Shown here in pieces: positions 1 to 10,989 of a DNA stretch of 64,000 nt. Made by a program: the position numbers and the translations under genes. The notes beneath the pieces are model-generated. The model searched no databases. It worked only from the letters and a program-made list of their open reading frames with translations, and was not told where the DNA came from. The stretch is from NCBI RefSeq assembly GCF_053078305.1, contig NZ_CP166879.1. One strand, 5' to 3'. Each line of letters opens with the position of its first letter. Within the stretch, counting starts at the first letter, position 1.

Positions 1-1
1 G

Positions 2-175
2 TTATGTGTGCTGATTGGACGCCGATGGTTCAGGGCTGGGCTGATTCGCTGCTGGCTGTTTTTAACCGTCTCGTTGCTATCGCACAGCATGCTGGATTCG
101 GTAACCACTGGCGGTAAGGGTGTTGGCTGGCTGTGGCCGTGGTCAGATGAACGCTTTTTCGCTCCCTGCAGGTGA
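2..175 (+). CDS. 3' end of an upstream membrane protein (ybcI-like by synteny), partial at window start
   Basis: Open frame from position 2 to TGA at 173-175 with hydrophobic, Trp-rich tail (..GVGWLWPWSDERFFAPCR); converges on cysS. Identity is inferred from K-12 gene order only. Confidence 0.35.
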   Translation, partial: LCVLIGRRWFRAGLIRCWLFLTVSLLSHSMLDSVTTGGKGVGWLWPWSDERFFAPCR

Positions 176-306
176 TTAAAGTCGCGCCGTTTGCATTGTC
201 TCGTTACACCACAGCGTACGGGCATCAGGTGATTATTTCTGAATTGATGTGGGTGTGGTTGCCGGGGATGCTACTGATGGGAATGTTGTGGTGGCGCAGA
301 CGATAA

Positions 307-330
307 CCGGATGCGAAAACTCGCATCCGG
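307..330. terminator. Inverted-repeat hairpin between convergent genes (REP-like or terminator)
   Basis: Perfect stem ccggatgcga/tcgcatccgg with aaac loop just downstream of the cysS stop; no clear U-run on either side. Confidence 0.3.
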
Positions 331-341
331 CAATAGCGCAA

Positions 342-1727
342 TTACTTACGACGCCAGGTGGTCCCTTGCGGGCCATCTTCCAGCACGATCCCCATCTCAT
401 TAAGACGGTCACGCGCCGCATCTGCCGCCGCCCAGTCTTTCGCTTTACGGGCATCCAGACGCTGTTGAATTAACGCTTCAATCTCAGCCACTTCGCTGTC
501 GTCTGCCTGCGCGCCGCTTTGCAGGAACGCTTCCGGTTCTTGCTCCAGCAGGCCCAATACGGCGGAAAGTTTACGCAGGTGAGATGCCATTGCATTCGCC
601 GCTGCCATATCTTCTGCTTTCAGACGGTTTACTTCACGCGCCATATCAAACAGCACGGAATAGGCTTCCGGGGTGTTGAAATCGTCGTCCATCGCTTCAA
701 TAAAGCGCGCTTCAAACGCTTCGCCACCGGCAGGAGCAACGGTTTTGTCTGTGCCGCGCAGGGCAGTGTAGAGACGCTCCAGCGCCGCACGCGCCTGCTT
801 CAGGTTCTCTTCGCTGTAGTTCAGCTGGCTGCGATAGTGTCCCGACATCAGGAAGTAACGCACGGTTTCGGCGTCGTAGTATTTCAGCACATCGCGCACG
901 GTAAAGAAGTTACCCAGCGATTTGGACATTTTCTCGCGGTCAACCATCACCATTCCGGAGTGCATCCAGTAGTTCACATACTGACCATCATGGGCACAGG
1001 TGGACTGCGCGATTTCGTTCTCGTGGTGCGGGAACATCAGGTCTGAACCGCCGCCGTGGATATCAAAGTGGTTACCCAGCTGCTTGCAGTTCATTGCCGA
1101 ACATTCAATGTGCCAGCCTGGACGGCCCGCGCCCCACGGAGACGGCCAGCTCGGTTCGCCCTCTTTCGACATCTTCCACAGAACGAAGTCCATCGGGTTG
1201 CGTTTGTCGTCGACCACGTCAACGCGCGCGCCTGCCTGCAGCTGGTCGAGATCCTGACGCGACAGCACGCCATAAGTCGGATCGGTCGGGACGTCGAACA
1301 TCACGTCGCCGTTGTCCGCCACATAAGCGTGACCTTTAGCGATCAGTTGTTCAGTGAGTTCAATAATTTCTGCGATATGGTGCGTCGCGCGCGGCTCCAT
1401 ATCCGGGCGCAGAATGTTCAACGCATCAAAATCTTTGTGCATTTCGGCGATCATGCGATCCACCAGCGCCACAAAGCTTTCGCCATTTTCATTGGCGCGT
1501 TTGATGATTTTGTCGTCGATATCGGTAATGTTGCGCACATACTTCAGCTTATAGCCGAGGAAACGCAGATAGCGCGCAACCACGTCAAAAGCAACAAAGG
1601 TACGCCCGTGACCGATATGACAGAGATCGTAAACGGTGATTCCACACACGTACATGCCGACTTCCCCGGCGTGAATAGGCTTAAATTCCTCTTTTTGGCG
1701 TGTCAGAGTATTGAAGATTTTTAGCAT
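342..1727 (-). CDS. cysS: Cysteine--tRNA ligase
   Basis: 461 aa ORF with class I aaRS HIGH motif (CHIGHGRT) and KMSKS motif; matches E. coli CysS over its full length as recalled. Confidence 0.97.
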
Positions 1728-1900
1728 CGAAGATTCCGTTTAGACATGTGTGGGTAATTGAGTTGCGTATAATACCCATATTTCCCGCGCGAATCAGCAT
1801 ACATTGCGTGATGATCCGATCGTGCGGTTATGCTATAACACCACCCTATATATGACCCGAACTGGGTTGAAGCACCAATCAAACGGAACAGGATGCAAAA

Positions 1901-2395
1901 ATGGTTACTTTCCACACCAATCACGGCGATATTGTCATCAAAACTTTTGACGATAAAGCACCTGAAACAGTTAAAAACTTCCTGGACTACTGCCGCGAAG
2001 GTTTTTACAACAACACCATTTTCCACCGTGTTATCAACGGCTTTATGATTCAGGGCGGTGGTTTTGAACCGGGCATGAAACAAAAAGCCACCAAAGAACC
2101 GATCAAAAACGAAGCCAACAACGGCCTGAAAAATACCCGTGGTACGCTGGCAATGGCCCGTACTCAGGCTCCGCACTCTGCAACTGCACAGTTCTTCATC
2201 AACGTGGTTGATAACGACTTCCTGAACTTCTCTGGCGAAAGCCTGCAAGGTTGGGGCTACTGCGTATTTGCTGAAGTGGTTGAAGGCATGGACGTGGTAG
2301 ACAAAATCAAAGGTGTTGCAACCGGTCGTAGCGGTATGCACCAGGACGTGCCAAAAGAAGACGTTATCATTGAAAGCGTGACCGTTAGCGAGTAA
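1901..2395 (+). CDS. ppiB: Peptidyl-prolyl cis-trans isomerase B (cyclophilin)
   Basis: 164 aa cyclophilin-type sequence ([27 protein letters not shown]...); divergent from cysS as in E. coli. Confidence 0.96.
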   Translation: MVTFHTNHGDIVIKTFDDKAPETVKNFLDYCREGFYNNTIFHRVINGFMIQGGGFEPGMKQKATKEPIKNEANNGLKNTRGTLAMARTQAPHSATAQFFINVVDNDFLNFSGESLQGWGYCVFAEVVEGMDVVDKIKGVATGRSGMHQDVPKEDVIIESVTVSE

Positions 2396-2397
2396 TC

Positions 2398-3120
2398 GTG
2401 GCGACACTCTTTATTGCAGATCTTCATCTCTGCGTGGAAGAACCGGCGATCACCGCCGGTTTTCTGCGTTTTTTAGCGGGGGAAGCTCGCAAGGCCGACG
2501 CGCTGTATATTCTTGGCGATCTGTTTGAAGCATGGATTGGCGACGACGATCCCAATCCACTCCATCGCCAGATGGCGGCAGCGATCAAAGCGGTGTCCGA
2601 TTCCGGCGTTCCCTGTTATTTCATTCATGGCAACCGTGATTTTCTGCTCGGCAAACGCTTTGCCCGTGAAAGTGGCATGACGTTATTGCCGGAAGAAAAG
2701 GTGCTCGAACTTTATGGTCGTCGGGTGTTGATTATGCATGGCGACACGCTGTGCACCGATGACGCGGGTTATCAGGCTTTTCGCGCCAAAGTCCACAAAC
2801 CCTGGCTGCAAACGCTATTCCTCGCCCTGCCGTTGTTTGTGCGCAAACGCATTGCCGCGCGAATGCGCGCGAACAGTAAAGAAGCCAACAGCAGTAAATC
2901 GCTGGCGATCATGGACGTTAACCAAAACGCGGTGGTCAGTGCGATGGAAAAACATCAGGTGCAATGGCTGATCCACGGGCATACCCATCGCCCGGCGGTA
3001 CATGAACTTATCGCCAATCAGCAGCCTGCTTTTCGCGTGGTACTGGGTGCCTGGCATACGGAAGGTTCGATGGTGAAAGTCACGGCGGATGACGTTGAGC
3101 TAATTCATTTTCCGTTTTAA
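2398..3120 (+). CDS. lpxH: UDP-2,3-diacylglucosamine hydrolase
   Basis: 240 aa calcineurin-like metallophosphoesterase (GDLFEAW, GNRD, HGHTH motifs); GTG start 3 nt after the ppiB stop. Confidence 0.94.
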   Translation: MATLFIADLHLCVEEPAITAGFLRFLAGEARKADALYILGDLFEAWIGDDDPNPLHRQMAAAIKAVSDSGVPCYFIHGNRDFLLGKRFARESGMTLLPEEKVLELYGRRVLIMHGDTLCTDDAGYQAFRAKVHKPWLQTLFLALPLFVRKRIAARMRANSKEANSSKSLAIMDVNQNAVVSAMEKHQVQWLIHGHTHRPAVHELIANQQPAFRVVLGAWHTEGSMVKVTADDVELIHFPF

Positions 3121-3150
3121 AAAACCCGCAACTTTGCTGATTTCACAGCC

Positions 3151-3166
3151 ACGCAACCGTTTTCCT
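3151..3166 (+). promoter_or_regulatory. Candidate PurR operator (PUR box) upstream of purEK
   Basis: acgcaaccgttttcct resembles the PUR box consensus ACGCAAACGTTTTCNT, about 70 bp upstream of the purE ATG. Confidence 0.5.
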
Positions 3167-3237
3167 TGCTCTCTTTCCGTGCTATTCTCTGTGCCCTCTA
3201 AAGCCGAGAGTTGTGCACCACAGGAGTTTTAAGACGC

Positions 3238-3747
3238 ATGTCTTCCCGCAATAATCCGGCGCGTGTCGCCATCGTGATGGGGTCCAAAAGCGACTGGGCT
3301 ACCATGCAGTTCGCCGCCGAAATCTTCGAAATCCTGAATGTCCCGCACCACGTTGAAGTGGTTTCTGCTCACCGTACCCCCGATAAACTATTCAGCTTCG
3401 CCGAAAGTGCCGAAGAGAACGGTTATCAGGTGATTATTGCGGGCGCAGGCGGCGCAGCGCACCTGCCAGGCATGATTGCCGCCAAAACGCTGGTGCCAGT
3501 GCTGGGCGTGCCAGTACAGAGCGCCGCACTGAGCGGTGTCGATAGCCTCTACTCCATCGTACAAATGCCGCGCGGCATTCCGGTGGGTACGCTGGCGATT
3601 GGTAAAGCTGGCGCGGCAAACGCGGCGTTACTGGCAGCACAAATTCTTGCGACTCATGATAAAGAACTGCACCAGCGTCTGAATGACTGGCGCAAAGCCC
3701 AGACCGACGAAGTGCTGGAAAACCCGGACCCGCGAGGTGCGGCATGA
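3238..3747 (+). CDS. purE: N5-carboxyaminoimidazole ribonucleotide mutase
   Basis: 169 aa from ATG at 3238 ([20 protein letters not shown]...); the track ORF begins at an upstream TTG that I reject. Confidence 0.95.
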   Translation: MSSRNNPARVAIVMGSKSDWATMQFAAEIFEILNVPHHVEVVSAHRTPDKLFSFAESAEENGYQVIIAGAGGAAHLPGMIAAKTLVPVLGVPVQSAALSGVDSLYSIVQMPRGIPVGTLAIGKAGAANAALLAAQILATHDKELHQRLNDWRKAQTDEVLENPDPRGAA

Positions 3748-4811
3748 AACAGGTTTGCGTCCTCGGGAACGGGCAGTTAGGCCGTATGCTGCGTCAGGCA
3801 GGCGAACCGTTAGGCATTGCTGTCTGGCCAGTCGGGCTGGACGCTGAACCGGCGGCGGTGCCTTTTCAACAAAGCGTGATTACCGCTGAGATCGAACGCT
3901 GGCCGGAAACCGCATTAACCCGCGAGCTGGCGCGCCATCCGGCCTTTGTGAACCGCGATGTGTTCCCGATTATTGCTGACCGTCTGACTCAGAAGCAGCT
4001 TTTCGATAAGCTCCACCTGCCGACCGCACCGTGGCAGTTACTTGCCGATCGCAGCGAGTGGCCTGCGGTGTTTGATCGTTTAGGTGAGCTGGCGATTGTT
4101 AAGCGTCGCACTGGTGGCTATGACGGACGCGGTCAATGGCGTTTACGCGCCGATGAAACCGAGCAGTTACCGGCTGAATGCTACGGCGAATGTATTGTCG
4201 AGCAGGGCATAAACTTCTCTGGTGAAGTGTCGCTGGTTGGCGCGCGCGGCTTTGATGGCAGCACCGTGTTTTATCCGCTGACGCATAACCTGCATCAGGA
4301 CGGTATTTTGCGCACCAGCGTCGCTTTCCCGCAGGCCAATGCGCAGCAGCAAGCGCAAGCCGAAGAGATGCTTTCGGCGATTATGCAGGAGCTGGGCTAT
4401 GTAGGCGTGATGGCAATGGAGTGTTTTGTCACCCCGCAAGGTCTGTTGATCAACGAACTGGCACCGCGTGTGCATAACAGCGGTCACTGGACACAAAACG
4501 GTGCCAGCATCAGCCAGTTTGAGCTGCATCTGCGGGCGATTACCGATCTGCCGTTACCGCAACCGATAGTGAATAGTCCGTCGGTGATGATCAATCTGAT
4601 TGGTAGCGATGTGAATTATGACTGGCTGAAACTGCCGCTGGTGCATCTGCACTGGTACGACAAAGAAGTCCGTCCGGGCCGTAAAGTGGGGCATCTGAAT
4701 TTGACCGACAGCGACACATCGCGTCTGTCCGCGACGCTGGAAGCCTTAATCCCGCTGCTGCCGCCGGAGTATGCCAGCGGCGTGATGTGGGCACAGAGTA
4801 AGTTCAGTTAA
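3744..4811 (+). CDS. purK: N5-carboxyaminoimidazole ribonucleotide synthase
   Basis: 355 aa ATP-grasp protein; ATGA start/stop overlap with purE. Confidence 0.96.
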   Translation: MKQVCVLGNGQLGRMLRQAGEPLGIAVWPVGLDAEPAAVPFQQSVITAEIERWPETALTRELARHPAFVNRDVFPIIADRLTQKQLFDKLHLPTAPWQLLADRSEWPAVFDRLGELAIVKRRTGGYDGRGQWRLRADETEQLPAECYGECIVEQGINFSGEVSLVGARGFDGSTVFYPLTHNLHQDGILRTSVAFPQANAQQQAQAEEMLSAIMQELGYVGVMAMECFVTPQGLLINELAPRVHNSGHWTQNGASISQFELHLRAITDLPLPQPIVNSPSVMINLIGSDVNYDWLKLPLVHLHWYDKEVRPGRKVGHLNLTDSDTSRLSATLEALIPLLPPEYASGVMWAQSKFS

Positions 4812-4825
4812 CCTGGTGCTCATTT

Positions 4826-4925
4826 GATTGCCGGATGCGGCGTGAACGCCTTATCCGGCCTACACCGATCCGGTACCCATTGTAGGCCTGATAAGACGCG
4901 TCAAGCGTCGCATCAGGCATGGTGC
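4826..4925. repeat. REP/BIME-type palindromic repeats
   Basis: gccggatgcggcgtgaacgccttatccggcctaca and gtaggcctgataagacgcg...cgtcgcatcaggc palindromic units between convergent purK and ybcF. Confidence 0.6.
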
Positions 4926-4949
4926 ACCGATTGCTGGATGCTCTCATCA

Positions 4950-5843
4950 CTACAGCGAAATACAGGTCCCCGCTTCGCCCGCCAGCGTCTCTTCAATTCG
5001 CGATAACGCCCCAATCCACGCGGGTTTACCACGGCTTCTGACATAACCACTCACCGCCGTTACCTTCGGCCCCATCGAACCATCGGCTTTGGCAAATGGC
5101 GCTAACTCATCCGGTGTGGCATGGCGAATGGCACGTTGCTGCGGCGTTCCCCAGTTTTCATATACCGCATCAGCATCGGTGAGGATCACCAGTCCATCTG
5201 CATTAATCTGCTCGGCGAGCAACGCAGCGGCGAGATCTTTATCAATCACCGCTTCACTCCCTGCTCCGTCATCCGTCACAGGCACACCGCCGCCGCCGCT
5301 GCAAATCACCACATGCCCCTCTTTGAGCAACAACTCAATGGCTTCGCTGTCGAGAATTTTACGCGGTTGCGGAGACGCCACCACCCGGCGCAAATATTTA
5401 CCATCACGTTTCATCTGCCAGCCGTAAGCCGCTTCCAGTGCCTCTTGTTCTTCTGGCTGATAAACCGGACCAATAAATTTCTCTGGCTGCAAAAACGCCG
5501 GATCATCAGGCGAAACTTCAATGCGCGTCAGCACCGTCGTGACAGGCGGCATCTGCGGCTGTGCGCTCAAACTCTGCGCCAGCATATAGCCAATCATCCC
5601 CTGACTTTCTGCCACCAGCACATCCAGCGGATACGGTTCTACCTCTTTCCACGCCAGATTCTGCAATGCCAGCAGCCCCACCTGCGGCCCGTTGCCGTGA
5701 ACAATCGCCAGCCGATAAGAACGGGCCAGGCGCGCCAGCGCGGGTACAGCACTGGCGATATTGCGATATTGATTTTCTGCCGTCAGCGCCTCACCGCGCT
5801 GGAGTAAGGCGTTGCCCCCAAGAGCCACAACCAGTGTTTTCAT
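4950..5843 (-). CDS. ybcF: Carbamate kinase-like protein
   Basis: 297 aa amino-acid-kinase fold ([13 protein letters not shown]...); last gene of the fdrA-ylbE-ylbF-ybcF cluster. Confidence 0.92.
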   Translation of the reverse strand: MKTLVVALGGNALLQRGEALTAENQYRNIASAVPALARLARSYRLAIVHGNGPQVGLLALQNLAWKEVEPYPLDVLVAESQGMIGYMLAQSLSAQPQMPPVTTVLTRIEVSPDDPAFLQPEKFIGPVYQPEEQEALEAAYGWQMKRDGKYLRRVVASPQPRKILDSEAIELLLKEGHVVICSGGGGVPVTDDGAGSEAVIDKDLAAALLAEQINADGLVILTDADAVYENWGTPQQRAIRHATPDELAPFAKADGSMGPKVTAVSGYVRSRGKPAWIGALSRIEETLAGEAGTCISL

Positions 5844-6655
5844 GGTTTTCCTTGTAATAATTGTTGGCCAAGCCAGAACCCCAGCAGCGTATCTGCCCCT
5901 GACGTATGCCCCAGCGCCAGCAGCGAATCAATCGCAACAGCGGTACGTTTCGGGCAACTCAGAGCATGAACAAAGTGCAGGAGTGGCGAGGCGAAATATC
6001 CTTGCGCGGCATAACGTAAATAACTGACGCTCACCGCTGTGGTAACGAGTTGAAGATTGTCGGAACAGGCAAAAAACGGGCGACCGGCGCGCGCATCTAA
6101 AGCACCATAATACCAGGCCGCCAGCAGCATTCCGCTCAACGTGTCATCATGACTTGGCGTTAATCCGGGGCCTTTACCCAGCCAGTGCCGCCAGTCGGTC
6201 TTAACGCCATTGAGCGCGGCCTGAAAACAGTGACGAAACTGGCGTAATTCAGCGGGCAGCGGATCGCTTGCCGCCATCGCCAGTGGCCCGAAAAGTCCGG
6301 TTTCCTCCGCGCGTTGCATCCATGCAGCTGCAAGCGGTTGAGGATGCGAAGGCGGCGTAATACGCAGCAAACAATAACGCTGTGGCTGTGTAACCGTGAA
6401 ACGCCCGAGGCGAATCCCTTGAGCCACAACCTGTGGTCGTTCATTGCCGCATAATCCACCGCATAACGCATCGAATTGCGCACGGCGAAGCACCCATCCT
6501 CCGGGGCCGAAACCACTACCCTGACGATGCAGCGTTAACAGTTCGCCGCTTTCCGTCATCAGGTTAATCGCCCGCCGCCACACTCCCGCTAACCGCCAGG
6601 ACTGGCGATAATTCGGTGCGCTACTACTGGCAAGCAGAGGATGGATGATCGTCAT
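5840..6655 (-). CDS. ylbF: DUF2877-type protein YlbF
   Basis: 271 aa from ATG at 6655 ([11 protein letters not shown]...); the track ORF extends to an upstream alternative start that would overlap ylbE. Confidence 0.85.
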   Translation of the reverse strand: MTIIHPLLASSSAPNYRQSWRLAGVWRRAINLMTESGELLTLHRQGSGFGPGGWVLRRAQFDALCGGLCGNERPQVVAQGIRLGRFTVTQPQRYCLLRITPPSHPQPLAAAWMQRAEETGLFGPLAMAASDPLPAELRQFRHCFQAALNGVKTDWRHWLGKGPGLTPSHDDTLSGMLLAAWYYGALDARAGRPFFACSDNLQLVTTAVSVSYLRYAAQGYFASPLLHFVHALSCPKRTAVAIDSLLALGHTSGADTLLGFWLGQQLLQGKP

Positions 6656-6665
6656 TGCGCGTTCC

Positions 6666-7925
6666 TCAACCAATCCCCATGCTTTCAGCCAGTGCTTCCA
6701 GCGCCTGTTCAAAACACGCCAGCGGTGCCCGCACGGTGCCTGCGCCAATCTGCCCGATCCCCGCCTCTTTATGGGCAATACCGGTATTGATGAGTGGCGT
6801 AATGCCGGTTTCTACCACGCGACGAATGTCCAGCCCCAGGCACGCGCCCTGAAAATCCCAGCTTGGGATCTGCAACTGCATATTGCGTTCAAGGTAAATT
6901 TCCGCCATCTCTTCAGATACCGCCCTGGCCGCTTCCATGCCACCCGCACCGACAAAGCGCGTTACGCCAGGCGCTGCGATCATTGCCGCACCTCCGATAC
7001 CAAAGGTTTCGGTAATCGCGCTATCGCCCATATCCGGGTTCGCCTGCTCCTGCGAGAAGCCGGTGAAAAACAGACCTTGCGGAGTGTTTACAGGCGCAGT
7101 AAACCAGCGTTCGCCCAGCCCGCTTACCCGAATCCCGAACATATTACCGTTGCGGGTCATTGCCGTGACGATGCTGCCTGCACGGATCATCGCGCCAGCA
7201 TCCATCGCCGCCTTGCAGTAAGCCATCGCGAGGTTGAGGAAGAACTGATCGGTCACGCTGAGGAAATCCATCACTTCCGCGATGTGCTGTTTATCATGAT
7301 CGAGGCGAGCAATTTGTGGGGCCAGCGCACGCATTAACAGTGCTGAGGAAGCAATATTGCGTTGATGGAACTCATCGCCCATCGTAATGCCCTGCGCCAT
7401 CATCGCGGTAAGATCGATACCGCGCTCCATGCGCCCCAGCGCCGCGCTTAATACTGGCATTAACACATCGCGCATCCAGCGATGGCGAGTCAGGACATCT
7501 TCGCCGTAAGCGCCAAAACGCATCACTTTGCCGATACCTTCGTTGAGGTTGCAGTACGCCCGGTTGCCGTCGGTCACGTTCTCGACCACCAGCATCGGCA
7601 TACTGGCAGAAGTAATACCGCCCATTGGCCCGACGGCATTCACATGGTGACAAGGAATGAAGTTCACTTCCCCCTGCTCCAGTATTGCCAGCGCCTGCGC
7701 TTCATCTTTCGCCCAACCTTCGAACAGACATGCGCCCACGCACGCCCCTTTCATGGGTCCGGTCATCTCCTGCCAGCGCATTGGCGGCCCGGCGTGAAGC
7801 AGTGTTTTGCCCGGGTGTAGTTCGCTGATAAGTGAAGAAGCCGGTTGCACATCCAGCCAGTGTGGACGAGCGCGACGAATTTGTTCGATAACCGCAGCAT
7901 TGGCTTGCGCCACTGATGTAAACAT
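6666..7925 (-). CDS. ylbE: DUF1116-family protein YlbE (intact)
   Basis: Uninterrupted 419 aa ORF between fdrA and ylbF. Confidence 0.85.
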   Translation of the reverse strand: MFTSVAQANAAVIEQIRRARPHWLDVQPASSLISELHPGKTLLHAGPPMRWQEMTGPMKGACVGACLFEGWAKDEAQALAILEQGEVNFIPCHHVNAVGPMGGITSASMPMLVVENVTDGNRAYCNLNEGIGKVMRFGAYGEDVLTRHRWMRDVLMPVLSAALGRMERGIDLTAMMAQGITMGDEFHQRNIASSALLMRALAPQIARLDHDKQHIAEVMDFLSVTDQFFLNLAMAYCKAAMDAGAMIRAGSIVTAMTRNGNMFGIRVSGLGERWFTAPVNTPQGLFFTGFSQEQANPDMGDSAITETFGIGGAAMIAAPGVTRFVGAGGMEAARAVSEEMAEIYLERNMQLQIPSWDFQGACLGLDIRRVVETGITPLINTGIAHKEAGIGQIGAGTVRAPLACFEQALEALAESMGIG

Positions 7926-7934
7926 GGGAACCCC

Positions 7935-9602
7935 TTATTGCAAACGTTCTAATAAACGAGCCAGTTTTTTATTGCCGCCGGCGACTGGCGACCATTGGTA
8001 ATGCACAACCGGTTTGCTGGCGCTTTGTAGCTCCAGCGCAAAACTGCGTAATCCGATGTTAATCACGGCGACGTTTTCCAGTAATGACGGTGTGTGTTGC
8101 TGTGCGGCAGGCGAGAGCGGATGAATTAACGCTGCCGCCAGCAAGGTGGCTTCCGGTAGCGAACTCACGACCGCAATCCCCGCATCTTCCAGCGTGGCGA
8201 TTTGCTGCGAGCGGCATTGCGGGTCACGTTCGGTACCTGTCACCGTGGCAATGGCGTACAGCGGTTGGCTGTCTGAACGCGCGGCACAGGCTTTTTGCCA
8301 GGCGCTCACCAGCGAGGCGGCAGGATCGGCGGTCGCGCCGAAGCCAATCACGACATCAAGTAGCAATACGCGCACTGACAGTTTAGCGCCGAGATCGGCA
8401 ATTAACTGGTTGCGTAAGGTTGGGTCGATCATCGGATGGGGACGCCCGACGGTGTAGAAATCATCGCCAAGGTCAATAATCTGGTGACCATCGGCGTCGA
8501 GCATCATGCCGTGATGATGGGCATCATCGGCTTCCACGCCAAGGTGTCCGGCAAGTAATCCCGCCGCTTCGGCAGCCAGCGTACCGCCGGTATACAAACC
8601 GCAAATAAATCCGCTGCTGACAGGTGCTATTGCGTTACGTCGCGCCGTGACGCGTGAAAGCAGGCAAGCCAGGCGTGCGGCCTCATCCAGCGAGGAGGCA
8701 AACCAGACATTCTCGTCGCGGGCCACCGCCGGGGTATAACCTAAAAACAGCGCCACCGTCGGTTTGCCGGTTGCTTTCATGGCATTAACAATTTTCAGAC
8801 GCACCGCTTCGGCAGGTGGTTTTGAAACAAATGCCAGCACTTCGCTTTTCTCGTCTGCACTGAGCATTTCCAGCGCCGTCAGCGCACTGATGCCGCCCAC
8901 TTCACGGCTGAGGTCGCGGCCGCCAAGGCCAATCGCGTGAGTAATTCCCTCCCCTGCCAGCGCAATCTGCGAGCACAGCTCCTGAATCCCGGTACCGGAA
9001 GCGCCAATGACGCCAATATTGCCTTCCGGCATCACGTTAGCAAAAGCCAGCGGCGTGGCGGCAATCATCGACGTACCGCAGTCCGGCCCCATCACCAGCA
9101 AGCCTTTTTCTCGCGCGCGGGTTTTAAGTTGGATTTCATCTTCCAGCGTGACGTTATCGGAGAACATCATCACGTTGAGGTTGCGATCCAGCGCCTGATT
9201 CGCCAGCTCCGCCGCATACTCGCCAGCCACTGAAATCAGCGCCAGATTGGCATCGGGTAATTTCTGACAGGCACTGTCCCAGCGACGCACCTGCGTCAAG
9301 GACTGGCTGCTGCCTGCCCCCTGCGCCAGTTGTTTTAGCGCCTCTTCAAGCTGCTGCATAATCGCCTGCGCGATCCCCGCATCCGCCGCTTCGCTACGAA
9401 TTGCCACGCAAATATCGTTCGGCGTGGCGTTATTAAAATCGTCATGCCAGAAACCTGTGGTATCTAATAACGCTTTATTGGCGGGCGTACCCATCATTAC
9501 GGAAACATCATCAACATTTTCTGATTCGCTGAGTTTTCGTGAAATAATCATTAAACTGACCGAATCCTGAAAACACCCTTTTTTAATAAAGGCGTGGATC
9601 AT
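7935..9602 (-). CDS. fdrA: FdrA protein (succinyl-CoA synthetase alpha-like / CoA-binding)
   Basis: 555 aa ORF (MIHAFIKKGCFQDSVSLMIISRKL...) at the expected position. Confidence 0.9.
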   Translation of the reverse strand: MIHAFIKKGCFQDSVSLMIISRKLSESENVDDVSVMMGTPANKALLDTTGFWHDDFNNATPNDICVAIRSEAADAGIAQAIMQQLEEALKQLAQGAGSSQSLTQVRRWDSACQKLPDANLALISVAGEYAAELANQALDRNLNVMMFSDNVTLEDEIQLKTRAREKGLLVMGPDCGTSMIAATPLAFANVMPEGNIGVIGASGTGIQELCSQIALAGEGITHAIGLGGRDLSREVGGISALTALEMLSADEKSEVLAFVSKPPAEAVRLKIVNAMKATGKPTVALFLGYTPAVARDENVWFASSLDEAARLACLLSRVTARRNAIAPVSSGFICGLYTGGTLAAEAAGLLAGHLGVEADDAHHHGMMLDADGHQIIDLGDDFYTVGRPHPMIDPTLRNQLIADLGAKLSVRVLLLDVVIGFGATADPAASLVSAWQKACAARSDSQPLYAIATVTGTERDPQCRSQQIATLEDAGIAVVSSLPEATLLAAALIHPLSPAAQQHTPSLLENVAVINIGLRSFALELQSASKPVVHYQWSPVAGGNKKLARLLERLQ

Positions 9603-9840
9603 AACAACTCCTTAAAAATTGCACCCATGGCAATTGCACGAGCAGTGTTAATGTGGCGATTACGGTATCGATGACAACGGGTAAATAAGGTGATGAATAT
9701 CACACAGGGATTATTAACAAAAGAATTCAAATAACCGCCATGCTATTACGTGTTATTTTTTAATAAGCGTGGTTGTTTTAAAAACCAGGTTAAAAGCGAG
9801 CGGATTATCAAATAAATTCTAACTATATTTTTTTGCCTGT

Positions 9841-9858
9841 CTGGATCACATAATCCAG
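9841..9858. promoter_or_regulatory. Palindrome in fdrA-allD divergent promoter region (candidate regulator site)
   Basis: ctggat-cacata-atccag perfect 6-6-6 inverted repeat about 60 bp upstream of allD. Confidence 0.3.
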
Positions 9859-9918
9859 ATATTTTCCCTGTATGTTAATTGCAGTCATGCTTCACACCGT
9901 CGTTAAAAAGGAAGACAG

Positions 9919-10968
9919 ATGAAAATCAGTCGGGAAACACTCCACCAGCTAATTGAGAATAAACTCTGCCAGGCTGGGTTAAAACGTGAGCACGCTGCAA
10001 CCGTGGCTGAAGTATTGGTTTACGCCGATGCCAGAGGGATCCACTCTCATGGCGCGGTGCGCGTGGAATACTACGCGGAACGCATTTCAAAAGGCGGCAC
10101 CAACCGCGAACCGGAGTTTCGTCTTGAGGAAACCGGGCCGTGCTCGGCAATTTTACATGCCGACAATGCCGCCGGACAGGTCGCGGCGAAAATGGGTATG
10201 GAACATGCCATCAAAACCGCCCAGCAAAATGGCGTTGCGGTGGTCGGTATCAGCCGGATGGGTCACAGCGGCGCAATCTCTTATTTTGTGCAGCAGGCAG
10301 CCCGCGCCGGATTAATTGGCATTTCGATGTGTCAGTCCGATCCAATGGTGGTGCCGTTTGGCGGCGCGGAAATTTACTACGGTACTAACCCACTGGCCTT
10401 TGCCGCGCCGGGAGAAGGCGACGAGATCCTTACCTTTGATATGGCGACTACCGTACAGGCATGGGGAAAAGTGCTCGACGCCCGCTCGCGTAATATGTCT
10501 ATCCCGGATACCTGGGCGGTCGATAAAAACGGTGCACCAACAACCGATCCGTTCGCGGTACATGCTCTGCTCCCCGCAGCCGGGCCGAAAGGGTATGGCC
10601 TGATGATGATGATTGACGTCCTCTCAGGCGTCTTACTCGGCTTACCGTTCGGGCGACAGGTTAGTTCGATGTATGACGATTTACACGCCGGGCGTAATTT
10701 GGGGCAATTACATGTAGTTATTAACCCGAACTTTTTCTCCTCCAGCGAATTATTCCGTCAACATCTTAGCCAGACCATGCGCGAATTAAATGCCATTACC
10801 CCCGCGCCCGGTTTTAATCAGGTTTATTATCCCGGACAGGATCAGGATATTAAACAACGCCAAGCCGCCGTCGAAGGCATCGAAATTGTTGATGATATTT
10901 ACCAGTATTTAATTTCCGACGCGCTTTATAACACGTCATACGAAACGAAAAATCCCTTTGCGCAATAA
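9919..10968 (+). CDS. allD: Ureidoglycolate dehydrogenase
   Basis: 349 aa Ldh_2-family oxidoreductase; first gene of allDCE. Confidence 0.95.
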   Translation: MKISRETLHQLIENKLCQAGLKREHAATVAEVLVYADARGIHSHGAVRVEYYAERISKGGTNREPEFRLEETGPCSAILHADNAAGQVAAKMGMEHAIKTAQQNGVAVVGISRMGHSGAISYFVQQAARAGLIGISMCQSDPMVVPFGGAEIYYGTNPLAFAAPGEGDEILTFDMATTVQAWGKVLDARSRNMSIPDTWAVDKNGAPTTDPFAVHALLPAAGPKGYGLMMMIDVLSGVLLGLPFGRQVSSMYDDLHAGRNLGQLHVVINPNFFSSSELFRQHLSQTMRELNAITPAPGFNQVYYPGQDQDIKQRQAAVEGIEIVDDIYQYLISDALYNTSYETKNPFAQ

Positions 10969-10989
10969 TTATTGAGACAGGACTTTCTT

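Noticed and set aside
519-2407. ORFs antisense to cysS (519-1046, 1056-1724) and to ppiB (1721-2407)
   Set aside because: They lie fully within well-supported conserved genes on the opposite strand and show no recognisable protein features.
3211-3237. Upstream alternative starts for purE (TTG 3211), glxK (TTG 14400), allC (10972), tesA (35303), cnoX (36783), fetB (38542), ylbF (6778)
   Set aside because: In each case a downstream ATG gives the canonical N-terminus and gene length, and the extension would overlap a neighbouring gene or regulatory region.
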